A stretch of 64,000 nt of DNA from an uncultured Chloroflexia bacterium (GTDB lineage Bacteria > Chloroflexota > Limnocylindria > QHBO01): NCBI GenBank assembly GCA_963843015.1, contig CAWJIR010000005.1:6472-70471 (forward strand), written 5' to 3'. Of the stretch, positions 21,723 to 36,159 are shown in pieces. The position numbers and the translations under genes were made by a program. The notes under the pieces were generated by a model. That model was not told the DNA's origin. It made no database searches and was given only the letters and a program-made list of their open reading frames with translations. Position 1 is the first letter of the stretch, and every line of letters starts with the position of its first letter.

Positions 21723-21834
21723 GGCCGTCCGGGGCGCCACCGCGGCGCCCGAAACGAAGGTCCCTGCCGGGGGGCACCGAAGGTACTCCCCCCTGTCAGG
21801 CGGGGTGAAAGGTTCCGCCCGGGATACTCCGGGC

Positions 21835-22584
21835 ATGGTTTTTCGAATCCGTAAGTTCCGTTCCCGGAGCAGTCGCGGCCAGGGCCTGGTCGAGTTCGCC
21901 CTCATCGTCCCGGTCCTCATGCTGATGCTCCTCATGGCGCTCGACTTCGGTCGCGTCTTCTTCGGCTGGGTCGGCCTCACCAACGCAAGCCGTATCGGCG
22001 CCAGCTATGCCGCTGCCCATGCGCCCGCCTGGGGCAGTCCCGGCAGCGCCACGGAGCGGGCGAGCTATGAGGCGCAGATCCTGGCCGATGCGAACGCGCT
22101 CAACTGCGCGCTCCCCGGGACCCTGCCGCCGCCTGTCTTCTCCGGCGGCACCGATCTCGGGGACCCGACCCAGGTCACGCTGACCTGCTCCTTCCCGCTC
22201 ATCACGCCATTCGTCTCGCAGATCCTCGGCGGTTCGGTGACGGTGCGGGCGGAGTCGATCTTCCCGGTGCGGGCTGGTGTCGCCGGCGGGATCCCAACCG
22301 GGTCCACCGTGCCCACGCCCGCGCCGACCGCCACACCGACGCCGACGCCGACCCGGGAGGCTCGGCGACGCCCGCGCCGACGCCACCCCAGTGCCGGATC
22401 CCGAGCTTCGTCGGCGCCAAGGCCAACAGCGCCCAGACCATCTGGTTCGCGGCCGGCTTCACGACCACGGTGGCGGTCACCCGAACCGCCGAACGGCAAC
22501 TACACGATCACCAACCAGAGCCCCGGCGTGGGCGGACAGATGGTCAGCTGCACCACGACCATCATGACGGTGTACGGGACATGA
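21835..22584 (+). CDS. TadE-like minor pilin with Pro/Thr linker and C-terminal PASTA-like module (two frame changes)
   Basis: MVFRIRKFRSRSSRGQGLVEFALIVPVLMLMLLMALDFGRVFF. Linker PTPAPTATPTPTPT. Then CRIPSFVGAKANSAQTIWFAAGFTTTVAVT / PNGNYTITNQSPGVGGQMVSCTTTIMTVYGT*. Paralog of 19290..20017. Confidence 0.72.
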   Translation: MVFRIRKFRSRSSRGQGLVEFALIVPVLMLMLLMALDFGRVFFGWVGLTNASRIGASYAAAHAPAWGSPGSATERASYEAQILADANALNCALPGTLPPPVFSGGTDLGDPTQVTLTCSFPLITPFVSQILGGSVTVRAESIFPVRAGVAGGIPTGSTVPTPAPTATPTPTPTREARRRPRRRHPSAGSRASSAPRPTAPRPSGSRPASRPRWRSPEPPNGNYTITNQSPGVGGQMVSCTTTIMTVYGT

Positions 22585-23079
22585 ACATGCTTCGTAACCG
22601 CCGCGAAAGCGGGCAGAGCCTCGTCGAGTTCGCCCTGATCCTGCCGATCTTCGTCCTGGTCCTGGCCGGGCTGTTCGACCTCGGTCGCGCGGTCTACGCC
22701 TTCAACACGATCTCCAACGCCTCACGCGAGGCGGTCCGGGTGGCCATCGTCAACCAGACCACGGCCGTCGTCGAGGCCGAGGCCCTCAAGCAGGCCGTCT
22801 CGCTGGGCGTGGCGCCGGCTGACATATCGATCGCTCAGCGATTCGCCCCGCCGATCCCGTGCGGCCCCCATTGCGTCCCGACCGTGCCCCCCTGCCCATC
22901 GCCCATCGGCGTGGGGTGCCTGGCCTCGGTAACTGTTCACTACCACTACACCGCGGCGACGCCGGTCATCGGTCAGATCATCGGTCCATTCACGATGACC
23001 GCTTCGACCGAGATGCCCGTCGAGCGGACCTGCCCCGATCCCATCCCTCGCCAACCTCACCACGTGTCCGTGGCCGTAA
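22581..23079 (+). CDS. TadE-like minor pilin (3' frame change; ATGA overlap with the preceding gene)
   Basis: MNMLRNRRESGQSLVEFALILPIFVLVLAGLFDLGRAVYAFNTISNASREAVR.. The probable stop is TAA 23077-23079, reached after a shift. Paralog of 20014..20492. Confidence 0.7.
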
Positions 23080-23102
23080 CCATGAACCTCAAAGGAGACC
23101 CC

Positions 23103-24367
23103 ATGTTCCCGTTTTCCAACCTCCGCGCGCGACGGGCACGGCGCGAACCCCAGGGCCAGGTCCTGGTCATCGTAGCTGCCGGCCTGCTCACCATCGTCGC
23201 GATGACGGGCATCGTCATCGACGGTGGGTGTCGCGTGGGGCAAGCAGCGGGACAATCAGAACGCCGCCGACGCGGCCTCTGAGTCAGGCGCAGTCGTCCT
23301 GGCGGAGGCCCTGACCGGGCTCCCGCGCACCGACGCCGACGTCCTGCGCCGCGGTCGACGCCTCGGTCCTCGCCAACGGCGTGGACCTGGTCGGCGCGTG
23401 GTACGCCAACTGCGACGGCAACCTCGTCAATGCGCTCGGCGTACCCGTCGCGAACGAGGCCGATGCGGCAGCCGTCGGCAACGGGTTGATCCCGGCGTCG
23501 CTGTGTCCGGACGCCACCGGCGCCCTCCAGCCCGATGTCCGGATGGGCGTCCGGGCCAAGACGAGCGATACCTTCGACACCTTCCTGGTGCGAGTCATCG
23601 GGTTCAACACCCTGACCACGGTGGCCGATGCCACCGCCATCTCCGGCTACATCCAGGCGGTCTGCCCGGCGACGGGCGACTGCAACGTCCTGCCGGTCAC
23701 GATCCCGCTGAACATCACCACCTGCGACAGCAACGGCGACAGCACGCCGTCCAACCCGGTCCGGGAATGGCTGGATCCCGACGGCGACGGCGTCCTGGAC
23801 TGGAACCTCCACCTCACCATCCCGCTGTGCAAGAACAATCCGGGCAACGTCGGCTGGCTGGACTGGACGCCCACCGCCGGCGGTACCTCGGAGCTCATCA
23901 CCGCCATCGGCCCGCCGGGCACGAACGAGGAGATGACCGTCCCCGGCTGGTTCTACGTCACCTCCACCGGCAACATGAACAGCAGTGGGGTCGAGGATGC
24001 CCTGAACTACTACGGGCAGAACGACATGCCGGTCCTGATCCCGATGTTCGACGCGACCTGCAACACCGAGCCGGATCCGCCCAGCCCGGGCATCAGCGAC
24101 ATCGAGCGCTGCCCGCCGGCGAACGTGGGCGGCAACGGCTCGAACCAGTGGTACCACCTCGATCGCTTCGTATCGTTCCTGTTCGACGACCCGAAGGGCG
24201 CGTACGTCTCGGGCAGCAACAAGGCCGAGTGCGAAGACAACGGAAACGGCGCCACGAGCTGCATCAAGGGCATGTTCGTGAAGTTCGTCGGGCCTGGCGC
24301 CACCGTCGGTGCCGGGAACGGCCAGGTGGGCGAGAACGCCGCAGTAGGCATCCAGCTCATCAAGTAA
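23103..24367 (+). CDS. TadG-like (Tad_N) pilus-associated protein (frame changes)
   Basis: AAAGGAG plus an ATG start. MFPFSNLRARRARREPQGQVLVIVAAGLLTIVAMTGIVIDGG..WGKQRDNQNAADA. The body is ORF 23381..24367 (Cys-rich, GNVGWLDWTPTAGGTSEL). Confidence 0.62.
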
Positions 24368-24392
24368 CCCGGCCGCGTACGATCCGGGCCGC

Positions 24393-24762
24393 ATGGTCCG
24401 CGTCGCTCGCGTCCTCAACGAGACCCGCGGCACCGCTCTCGCCGAGCGGTGCCGCGTGGCGTCTTCCCTCGCTGACCGCACTCGGGGCCTCCTCGGGCGG
24501 TCGTCGCTGGACGCCCGGGGAGGGCCTCTGGATCGAGCACGCGCCGTCGATCCACATGTTCTTCATGCGCTTCGCGATCGATGCGGTCTTCGTCGATGGC
24601 GACGGGCGGGTGGTGCGGATCGTCGAGCACCTCCGCCCGTGGCGCATCGTGGCCTGGGCGCGCGGTGCACGCGACTGCGTGGAGCTCCCGGCCGGATCGG
24701 TCCGTCCCACCGGCACATCCATCGGCGACCAGCTGCGACTGGAGCCGCTCGAAGCCGACTGA
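24393..24762 (+). CDS. DUF192-family protein (one frame change near 24515)
   Basis: MVRVARVLNETRGTALAERCRVASSLADRTRGLLGRSSL joins ..GEGLWIEHAPSIHMFFMRFAIDAVFVDGDGRVVRIVEHLRPWRIV..ELPAG. This matches the typical DUF192 pattern. Confidence 0.65.
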
Positions 24763-24810
24763 GGCGGGAATCGGCCGCTTGAGCCGCCGGTAAGGGGCGG
24801 AGGCGAGACG

Positions 24811-25486
24811 ATGACGCGCGTGGCGCTCCTCGAGGTCCTCCTCCCGCCCGCCTGTGCCGGCTGCGGCCGCTACGGTGCGGTCATCTGCATCGCGTGCCGA
24901 GCTGAGCTTCGTCCTCCGCTGAGGGCCGGCGACCAGTTTCTGGCCCCGGACTCGGGGGTGGTCGTCGGCAGTGCCATGACCATTGCCATCGCGGCCTTCA
25001 CCCATCGCGACGCGAGCCAGCGGATCCTGCGACGCCTGAAGTACGGCGGTGGGCGGAAGCTCGCCTCGCCGCTCGCGGAGTGCGCGATGCCCGCGTTCCG
25101 CCGCCTCCTCCGGATCTGTGGTCCTGCCGTCCTCGTGCCTGTCCCGCTCCACGCGGCTCGGCGCACCGAGCGCGGCTACAACCAGGCTGAGCTCCTGGCG
25201 GTCGAGCTGGGCCGACGGAGCGGCGCCGACGGTATGGCCGGTTCTGGCACGCAACCGCGCGACGCATCGCCAGCACGAGCTGGACCGGGCAACCAGGCTC
25301 AGCAACCTTCGGGCGGCGATGGCGGTCAGCCGGGTTCCACCGCCCGGCGGGCCGCTCGGAACGCGAGCGGTGGTGATCGTCGACGACATCCTCACCACCG
25401 GGGCGACCCTCGAGTCGTGCGCTGACGTGCTGCACGGCGCCGGCATCGGCGCGATCTATGGCTTCGCCATCGCGCGGGAGGTCTGA
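24811..25486 (+). CDS. ComF-family / phosphoribosyltransferase-domain protein (one frame change near 25225)
   Basis: N-terminal zinc-finger-like CAGCGRYGAVICIACRAEL, then VPVPLHAARRTERGYNQAELLA. PRTase motif VVIVDDILTTGATLESCADVL is in ORF 25049..25486. Confidence 0.75.
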
Positions 25487-25548
25487 GCGCCGCCAGAGGA
25501 CCCGCCAGGTGCTACCGTACCGTCACCGCCCACGAGCCGGGGTAGTCG

Positions 25549-26131
25549 GTGAAGACCACGCTCCACGCCCGTCATCTGGAGCTCGACGAGCGGCTGAAGG
25601 CCCAGGTCGAGCGCAAGTTCCGGCGGCTCGACCGCGTCACGGATGACAGCGCCCGCGCCACCGTCGAATTGACCCCGCGGGCCTCGCGCGTGGCGGACGC
25701 GGCGTACCTGGCCGAGATCACGCTCGTCATGTCCGGCGCGACCCTGCGCTCCTCGTCGACCGGCGCGACGCCGATGGTGGCCCTGGACGGTGTCATCGAC
25801 AAGCTCGAGCGGCAGGTGGTGCGCACCCGGCAGCGACGGCGAGAGCCTCGCCGCGGGCCGACCGCTCCGTCCCGGAGCGCGCGCGCGGCGACCGCCCGCT
25901 CAGCGGAGCCCGGCTCCGCCGCAGAGCCAGAGGCGGCGGGCGAGGTCGTCGAGATCAGCCGCGTGGACATGCTCCCCATGTTCCCGGAGGACGCCATCGC
26001 ACGGATGGAAGAGGAGACCGGCCTCGCGTTCTTCGTGTTCCTCAATGCCTCAACCGGACGCGTGAACGTGGTCTATCGGCGCGCAGCCGGCGGATTACGG
26101 CCTGATCGACCCGGTCGTCGCCTCACCCTGA
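25549..26131 (+). CDS. hpf: ribosome hibernation promoting factor, long form (frame change near 26090)
   Basis: GTG start. S30AE-type N-terminus (HLELDERLKAQVERKFRRLDRV..). C-terminal dimerisation region: PMFPEDAIARMEEETGLAFFVFLNASTGRVNVVYRR. After a shift it ends ..YGLIDPVVASP* at TGA 26129-26131. Confidence 0.8.
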
Positions 26132-26144
26132 GGCGGCCGCGGAT

Positions 26145-26345
26145 TCAGCCGGCCAGGACGGGGAGGAGCAGCAGCACGGCCACGATCACGATCAGGGAGA
26201 TGAAGAACACCAGGAGGGCGATCGTGGCCAGGTCCGGGCCGCTGGCGACGGCGCTCGGATCGGCAGCGGACGAGCTGTCCTCTGGTGGGTCAACGTCTGC
26301 CACGAGCGCCACGCTACCAGACGAGCGCCTGGTCGCCGAAGACAC
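26145..26345 (-). CDS. small hypothetical membrane protein
   Basis: 66-aa ORF with a single C-terminal TM (LATIALLVFFISLIVIVAVLLLLPVLAG). No recognisable family. Confidence 0.3.
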   Translation of the reverse strand: MSSATRRSSGSVALVADVDPPEDSSSAADPSAVASGPDLATIALLVFFISLIVIVAVLLLLPVLAG

Positions 26346-26396
26346 GCCGCTGATCGGACTGAGCTCAAACCGGGCTGAGCTCGACGTTGGAGGCCG

Positions 26397-26867
26397 CTAG
26401 GAGCGGGTACGTGACGCGGGCGGGGGGAAGCCTGGCGTGTCACCGTTTCCGCCCGAGTTGTCGCCATTGACCGGCTGACCACTGCGCATCCGGCGAGAGC
26501 GAATGAGAATGTACGCCTGCATCAGCTCACGGACATCGGGCTCGGTCAGCAGCTCATCACCACGGAGGGCGTACTCGACACGGCTGGTGGGCAGGAGCTG
26601 CCGGGCGGCGAGTCCGGCGAAGTAGGTCGGTCCCTCGGCTTCGTCGTGGATCTCGCGCAGTCCGCGGGCGAGCTTCGTCGCCGTGCCCAGGGAGGGCATC
26701 CGGTCGCCCTTGATCAGCCGGGAGATGGTCGAGTGATCGACCCCCGACTGGAGGGCCAGCTGGCGCTGGCTCATCTTCTTTTCCTTCAGCTGGCTGCGAA
26801 GCCAGCTGTTGAAGGATCGCGGCGTCTGGAGCGTCATCCACGATGCTCGTATGGCGCTGTCACCCAC
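26397..26867 (-). CDS. XRE-family helix-turn-helix transcriptional regulator
   Basis: SQRQLALQSGVDHSTISRLIKGDRMPSLGTATKLARGL is a typical HTH_3/XRE motif. The true start may be an internal Met. Confidence 0.75.
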   Translation of the reverse strand: MGDSAIRASWMTLQTPRSFNSWLRSQLKEKKMSQRQLALQSGVDHSTISRLIKGDRMPSLGTATKLARGLREIHDEAEGPTYFAGLAARQLLPTSRVEYALRGDELLTEPDVRELMQAYILIRSRRMRSGQPVNGDNSGGNGDTPGFPPPASRTRS

Positions 26868-26944
26868 GAATGCGGGTGGTGCGTGCGCGCACCCGCAGCA
26901 TCCCGTTCGAGGGCCGCGCCCTCAATGGGACTTCCGTACTTCGC

Positions 26945-28090
26945 TCAGGTGCCGGTCAGCGGTTCCTGGGCGGGCGGGCTGCCAAGACCGGCCGCATGGG
27001 CACGCCTGACGAGCGGGCTGCGCACGTAGTCGATCCCCCCAGTCACGATCACGCTGAGGATCGAGATGGCGCGATCGGTGAGGGCAATGGCAACCGCCGA
27101 TTCGGGACTGACCCCATACAGGGTGAGCGCGGCCACGATGCCCGCCTCCACGAACCCGATGCCGGCGGGCGTCAGCGGGATCGCCGTCAGGAGTGCCGCC
27201 ACGAGCGCCACGAAGATGGCGGCCGAGATCCCGAGCTGCGCATCGGGCAGGTTGAGGGCCTTGATGACAAAGAACACCCGGAGACCCTCGGCCAGCCAGA
27301 TGAGGACCGCCAGCGACCCGATGACCGCGACGGAACGCGGGGTGAGGGCGGCGATCGTTCCCTCCCGGAAGCGGGCATAGAACCCTTCGACCCGGCCCGG
27401 CAGGAACCGCTCGATGTGCTGGCCGGCGAAGCGGAGGACCAGGAGCAGCACGACCAGGATCGCGGCGAGCAGAGCCGCGGCCACGAAGATGAAGTCCACC
27501 CCGGGCATGGCCCGGCCGCGGAAGCTCCAGAAGCCGGCCGCCACCGCCAGCCCGAAGATCACGACGATATCGGTGATCCGCTCGATGAAGATCGTCCCCA
27601 CCGTCCGCGAGGCGGAGCCGCCGTAGTTGCCCTTCAGGAGAAAGGCGCGGTACAGGTCGCCCAGCTTGGCCGGCACCAGGCAGTTCACGAACCACGAGAG
27701 GAACAGGATCTCGGTCGCCACCCAGTAGCGGATGTGGGTCCCGACGGTTCTGAGGATGTACCACCACCGCCCTCCCCGCAGCGGGAACGTGAGGTAGTAC
27801 ACGATCAGGGCGGCGAGCAGGAGGGCGGGGTTGGCGCCCCGGATGAGGTCGATCGTGGTGCCGAAGTCGATGTCGAGCACCACCCGGAAGAACAGGACGA
27901 GGAGCACCAGGGCGAAGATGAGCGAGCCGATGGTCCGCACGTTGAGGAAGCGCTGGGCGAGCGATACCTCGCTCTCGGGGATTGCCTCCGAGGCGGCTGC
28001 GCCGAGGAACTCCGACGGCTCGTAGACCGAGTGGCCGTGGGGTCGCGGATGGGGGCCGGTGCTCTCCGAGCCTGGGTCCTGATCGGTCAA
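26945..28090 (-). CDS. UPF0104 / lysylphosphatidylglycerol-synthase-TM-region (flippase-like) membrane protein
   Basis: Intact 381-aa polytopic ORF with motifs PLRGGRWWYILR, VPAKLGDLYRAFLLK, TIFIERITDIV and LTAIPLTPAGIGFVEAGIV. Confidence 0.72.
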   Translation of the reverse strand: MTDQDPGSESTGPHPRPHGHSVYEPSEFLGAAASEAIPESEVSLAQRFLNVRTIGSLIFALVLLVLFFRVVLDIDFGTTIDLIRGANPALLLAALIVYYLTFPLRGGRWWYILRTVGTHIRYWVATEILFLSWFVNCLVPAKLGDLYRAFLLKGNYGGSASRTVGTIFIERITDIVVIFGLAVAAGFWSFRGRAMPGVDFIFVAAALLAAILVVLLLVLRFAGQHIERFLPGRVEGFYARFREGTIAALTPRSVAVIGSLAVLIWLAEGLRVFFVIKALNLPDAQLGISAAIFVALVAALLTAIPLTPAGIGFVEAGIVAALTLYGVSPESAVAIALTDRAISILSVIVTGGIDYVRSPLVRRAHAAGLGSPPAQEPLTGT

Positions 28091-28103
28091 GATGGAGACC
28101 CGG

Positions 28104-31196
<3,093 letters not shown>

Positions 31197-31221
<25 letters not shown>

Positions 31222-31523
31222 TCGTGACCGCCGAGGTGGTGCCCGTCACACAGGCCGAGGCGGCCCCCCATGTGGCGGGACGGCAGCAGCGGCTGCATCC
31301 CCTCCTCGACCTGGGTCGGCTGACGGTTGCAGAGCATGTACCGATGCTCGCGCAGCCAGTCGTACAGGTGGGCGCTCGAGCAGAACACGAAGCGGCGGGT
31401 GAAGTTCGGGCTGCCGACGAGGTCCGGCCCGCCGGCCAGGCCGATCGGCCCGCTCTCGCGGACGATCTCGATTCGAACCGGCAGGGCGCCCGATCGGGCG
31501 CCGCACTGCTCGCAGCTCATCAC
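31197..31523 (-). CDS. hypothetical Cys/His-rich protein
   Basis: 108-aa ORF starting MMSCEQCGA.. with FCSSAH and CDGHH. It overlaps the annotated murA start by 25 nt. No family recognised. Confidence 0.35.
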
Positions 31524-31536
31524 CGGGGTGGGCCGC

Positions 31537-31737
31537 TCACTCGAGGTAGTGGTCCCCGTCGTCTTCCCGGTGGCGGGCGACGAACTCGGGGTCGAGGTTC
31601 GGGTCGGATCCCGGCGGCGAGCCGCGATGGGGCTTGAAGTCGACCGGGCAGATGAACGGATAGTCGCGGCTGATCTTGCGGAACTCCTGCATCCGCCGGA
31701 ACGGCTTTGGCGGCTTCGGCTGCTCGCTCGTCACCAA
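31537..31737 (-). CDS. small hypothetical protein
   Basis: 66-aa ORF (PFRRMQEFRKISRDYPFICPVDFKPHRG..) with non-shadow-like composition, lying between atpC and the previous ORF. Confidence 0.35.
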   Translation of the reverse strand: MVTSEQPKPPKPFRRMQEFRKISRDYPFICPVDFKPHRGSPPGSDPNLDPEFVARHREDDGDHYLE

Positions 31738-31748
31738 TGCAGCGTAGA

Positions 31749-32159
31749 TCAGCCCCGTTGGCTGCGTCGGGTCGCGATCCGTTCCCGCATGAGCGCGGTC
31801 TGGAGGGCAGCCCGGACGCGAGCCAGGTCGACCGGGTCGTGGACCGCGTCGAGGTCGGCTTCGGCCGCCTTGCGGGCGGCGGCGGCGGCGGCCGCATCGA
31901 TCTCGTCGGAGTGCTCGGCGACGAACGCCAGCACCACCACCTTGTCGGGCCGGACCTCGACGAAGCCTCCGCTGATGAGCATGAACTGGACCGTCCCCGC
32001 CTGCCGGATGCGGAGCTCCCCGGTGCCGAGGGCGGTGACCAGCGGGGTGTGGTGGGGCAGGATGCCGAGCTCGCCCTCGATGCCGGGCACGACGACCGAG
32101 TCGACGTCATCGGCGAAGACCCGGCCGTCGGGGGAGACGACCTCGAGACGGAGCGTCAT
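31749..32159 (-). CDS. atpC: F0F1 ATP synthase subunit epsilon
   Basis: MTLRLEVVSPDGRVFADDVDSVVVPGIEGELGILPHHTPLVTAL. Located immediately downstream of atpD. Confidence 0.9.
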   Translation of the reverse strand: MTLRLEVVSPDGRVFADDVDSVVVPGIEGELGILPHHTPLVTALGTGELRIRQAGTVQFMLISGGFVEVRPDKVVVLAFVAEHSDEIDAAAAAAARKAAEADLDAVHDPVDLARVRAALQTALMRERIATRRSQRG

Positions 32160-32162
32160 CGG

Positions 32163-34468
<2,306 letters not shown>

Positions 34469-34494
34469 CAGGCGGTCGCGTCCTCCGGTGTATC

Positions 34495-34621
34495 GGTCTC
34501 GGCGGTCTCGGTCTCGGGCCGCGGTCATCGGTCTCGGTGCCGCATCGGTCTCGGTCTCAGCGGCATCGGTCTCGGTGCCCGCGGCCCCGGCAGCTCGGTC
34601 TCGGCGGCGGTCCGGTCTCGG
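34495..34621. repeat. degenerate short tandem repeat tract, core GGTCTCGG (8 exact copies + 1 variant in 127 bp)
   Basis: Exact copies start at 34495, 34504, 34510, 34530, 34547, 34568, 34597 and 34614, with longer units like CATCGGTCTCGGTGCC. The tract lies between the conserved atpA core and the atpG start. Confidence 0.75.
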
Positions 34622-36149
34622 CGGCATCGGCGTCGGTCGACTCGTAGCCTGCATCGCGGCGGTACGCCGTGACCGCCTCGCGGAGCGCGTCCTGCGACGC
34701 GTCGGAGATGGCCTTCTCGGCCGCGATGGCCGGCAACAGGTCCGGATGGTTCTGGTCGAGGAACCGATACAGGCCGGTCTCGAACTCCTTCACCTTGGGC
34801 GTGGGCACGTCGTCGAGAAGGCCATTCGTGCCGGTCCAGATGATCGCCACCTGGCGCTCGACCGACAGCGGCGCGAACTGCGGCTGCTTGAGGATCTCGG
34901 TCAGCTTCTCGCCGCGGGTCAGCTGGTCACGCGTCGCCTTGTCGAGGTCCGAGGCGAACTGGGCGAAGGCAGCCAGCTCGCGATACTGCGCGAGATCGAG
35001 CCGCAGGCGGCCCGCGACCTGGCGCATGGCCTTGATCTGGGCGTTGCCGCCCACCCGGCTCACGCTCAGCCCGGCGTTGACCGCCGGCCGCTGGCCCTGG
35101 TTGAACAGGTCGGTCTGCATGTGGATCTGACCGTCGGTGATGCTGATCACGTTGGTCGGGATGTAGGCCGACAGGTCACCGGCCTGGGTCTCGATGATCG
35201 GCAGGGCCGTCAGCGAGCCGCCACCGTGCTCCTCACTCATCCGCGCCGCGCGCTCGAGGAGCCGGGAGTGGGCGTAGAAGATGTCGCCGGGGTACGCCTC
35301 GCGACCCGGTGGCCGCCGCATCAGAAGCGACACCTGGCGATACGACCAGGCGTGCTTCGAGAGGTCGTCATAGATGCACAGGGCGTCGCGCCCCGCCTCC
35401 ATGAACTCCTCGCCGATGGCCGCCCCCGAGTACGGGGCCAGGAACTGGATGGGCGCCGGGTCCGAGGCGGCCGCCACGACCACGATCGAATGCCCCATCG
35501 CGCCGTGCTCCTCGAGCTGAGCCACGATCTGGGCCACGGTCGACAGCTTCTGGCCGATGGCGACGTAGACGCAGATCAGGTCCTCGCCCTTCTGGTTGAT
35601 GATCGTGTCGACCGCGATCGCGGTCTTCCCGGTCTGGCGGTCGCCGAGGATGAGCTCGCGCTGGCCGCGACCGATCGGGATCATGGAGTCGATGGCCTTG
35701 ATCCCGGTCTGGACCGGCGTGTCCACCGGCTGACGGACGATGACGCCGGGGGCGATCCGCTCGACCGGCCGGAACGCATCGGTTTCGATGGCGCCCTTCC
35801 CATCGAGCGGGTTGCCGAGCGGGTCGACGACCCGACCGATGAGCGCGTCACCGACCGGGATCTCGACCACGCGGCCGGTGGTCTTGACCTGGTCGCCCTC
35901 CTTCAGGCTGGTGTAGTCACCGAGGATCAGGGCACCGACCGTCTCCTCCTCGAGGTTGAAGGCCATCCCCATCACGCCGCCGGGGAACTCGAGGAGCTCC
36001 GACGCGAGCGCGCCGGACAGCCCATAGACCTGGGCGATCCCGTCGCCGACCTCGACGATGGTGCCCACGCCGGCAACATCGGTCCCCTCCGCGAAGCCGG
36101 CGATTTCGCTGCGAATGATCGAGGTGATCTCGTCGGATCGAATGGCCAT
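34557..36149 (-). CDS. atpA: F0F1 ATP synthase subunit alpha (C-terminal tail runs into the repeat tract; true stop uncertain)
   Basis: Walker [16 protein letters not shown], plus [35 protein letters not shown]. The conserved core ends about ..[13 protein letters not shown]. Confidence 0.95.
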   Translation of the reverse strand: MAIRSDEITSIIRSEIAGFAEGTDVAGVGTIVEVGDGIAQVYGLSGALASELLEFPGGVMGMAFNLEEETVGALILGDYTSLKEGDQVKTTGRVVEIPVGDALIGRVVDPLGNPLDGKGAIETDAFRPVERIAPGVIVRQPVDTPVQTGIKAIDSMIPIGRGQRELILGDRQTGKTAIAVDTIINQKGEDLICVYVAIGQKLSTVAQIVAQLEEHGAMGHSIVVVAAASDPAPIQFLAPYSGAAIGEEFMEAGRDALCIYDDLSKHAWSYRQVSLLMRRPPGREAYPGDIFYAHSRLLERAARMSEEHGGGSLTALPIIETQAGDLSAYIPTNVISITDGQIHMQTDLFNQGQRPAVNAGLSVSRVGGNAQIKAMRQVAGRLRLDLAQYRELAAFAQFASDLDKATRDQLTRGEKLTEILKQPQFAPLSVERQVAIIWTGTNGLLDDVPTPKVKEFETGLYRFLDQNHPDLLPAIAAEKAISDASQDALREAVTAYRRDAGYESTDADAAETGPPPRPSCRGRGHRDRCR

Positions 36150-36159
36150 CCAGTGCTCC

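Noticed and set aside
34495-34621. Repeat tract considered as a CRISPR-like array
   Set aside because: The repeat units are 8-17 nt and contiguous or overlapping, with no unique spacers of 25-40 nt. No cas genes are present. It is a microsatellite-like or low-complexity coding repeat.
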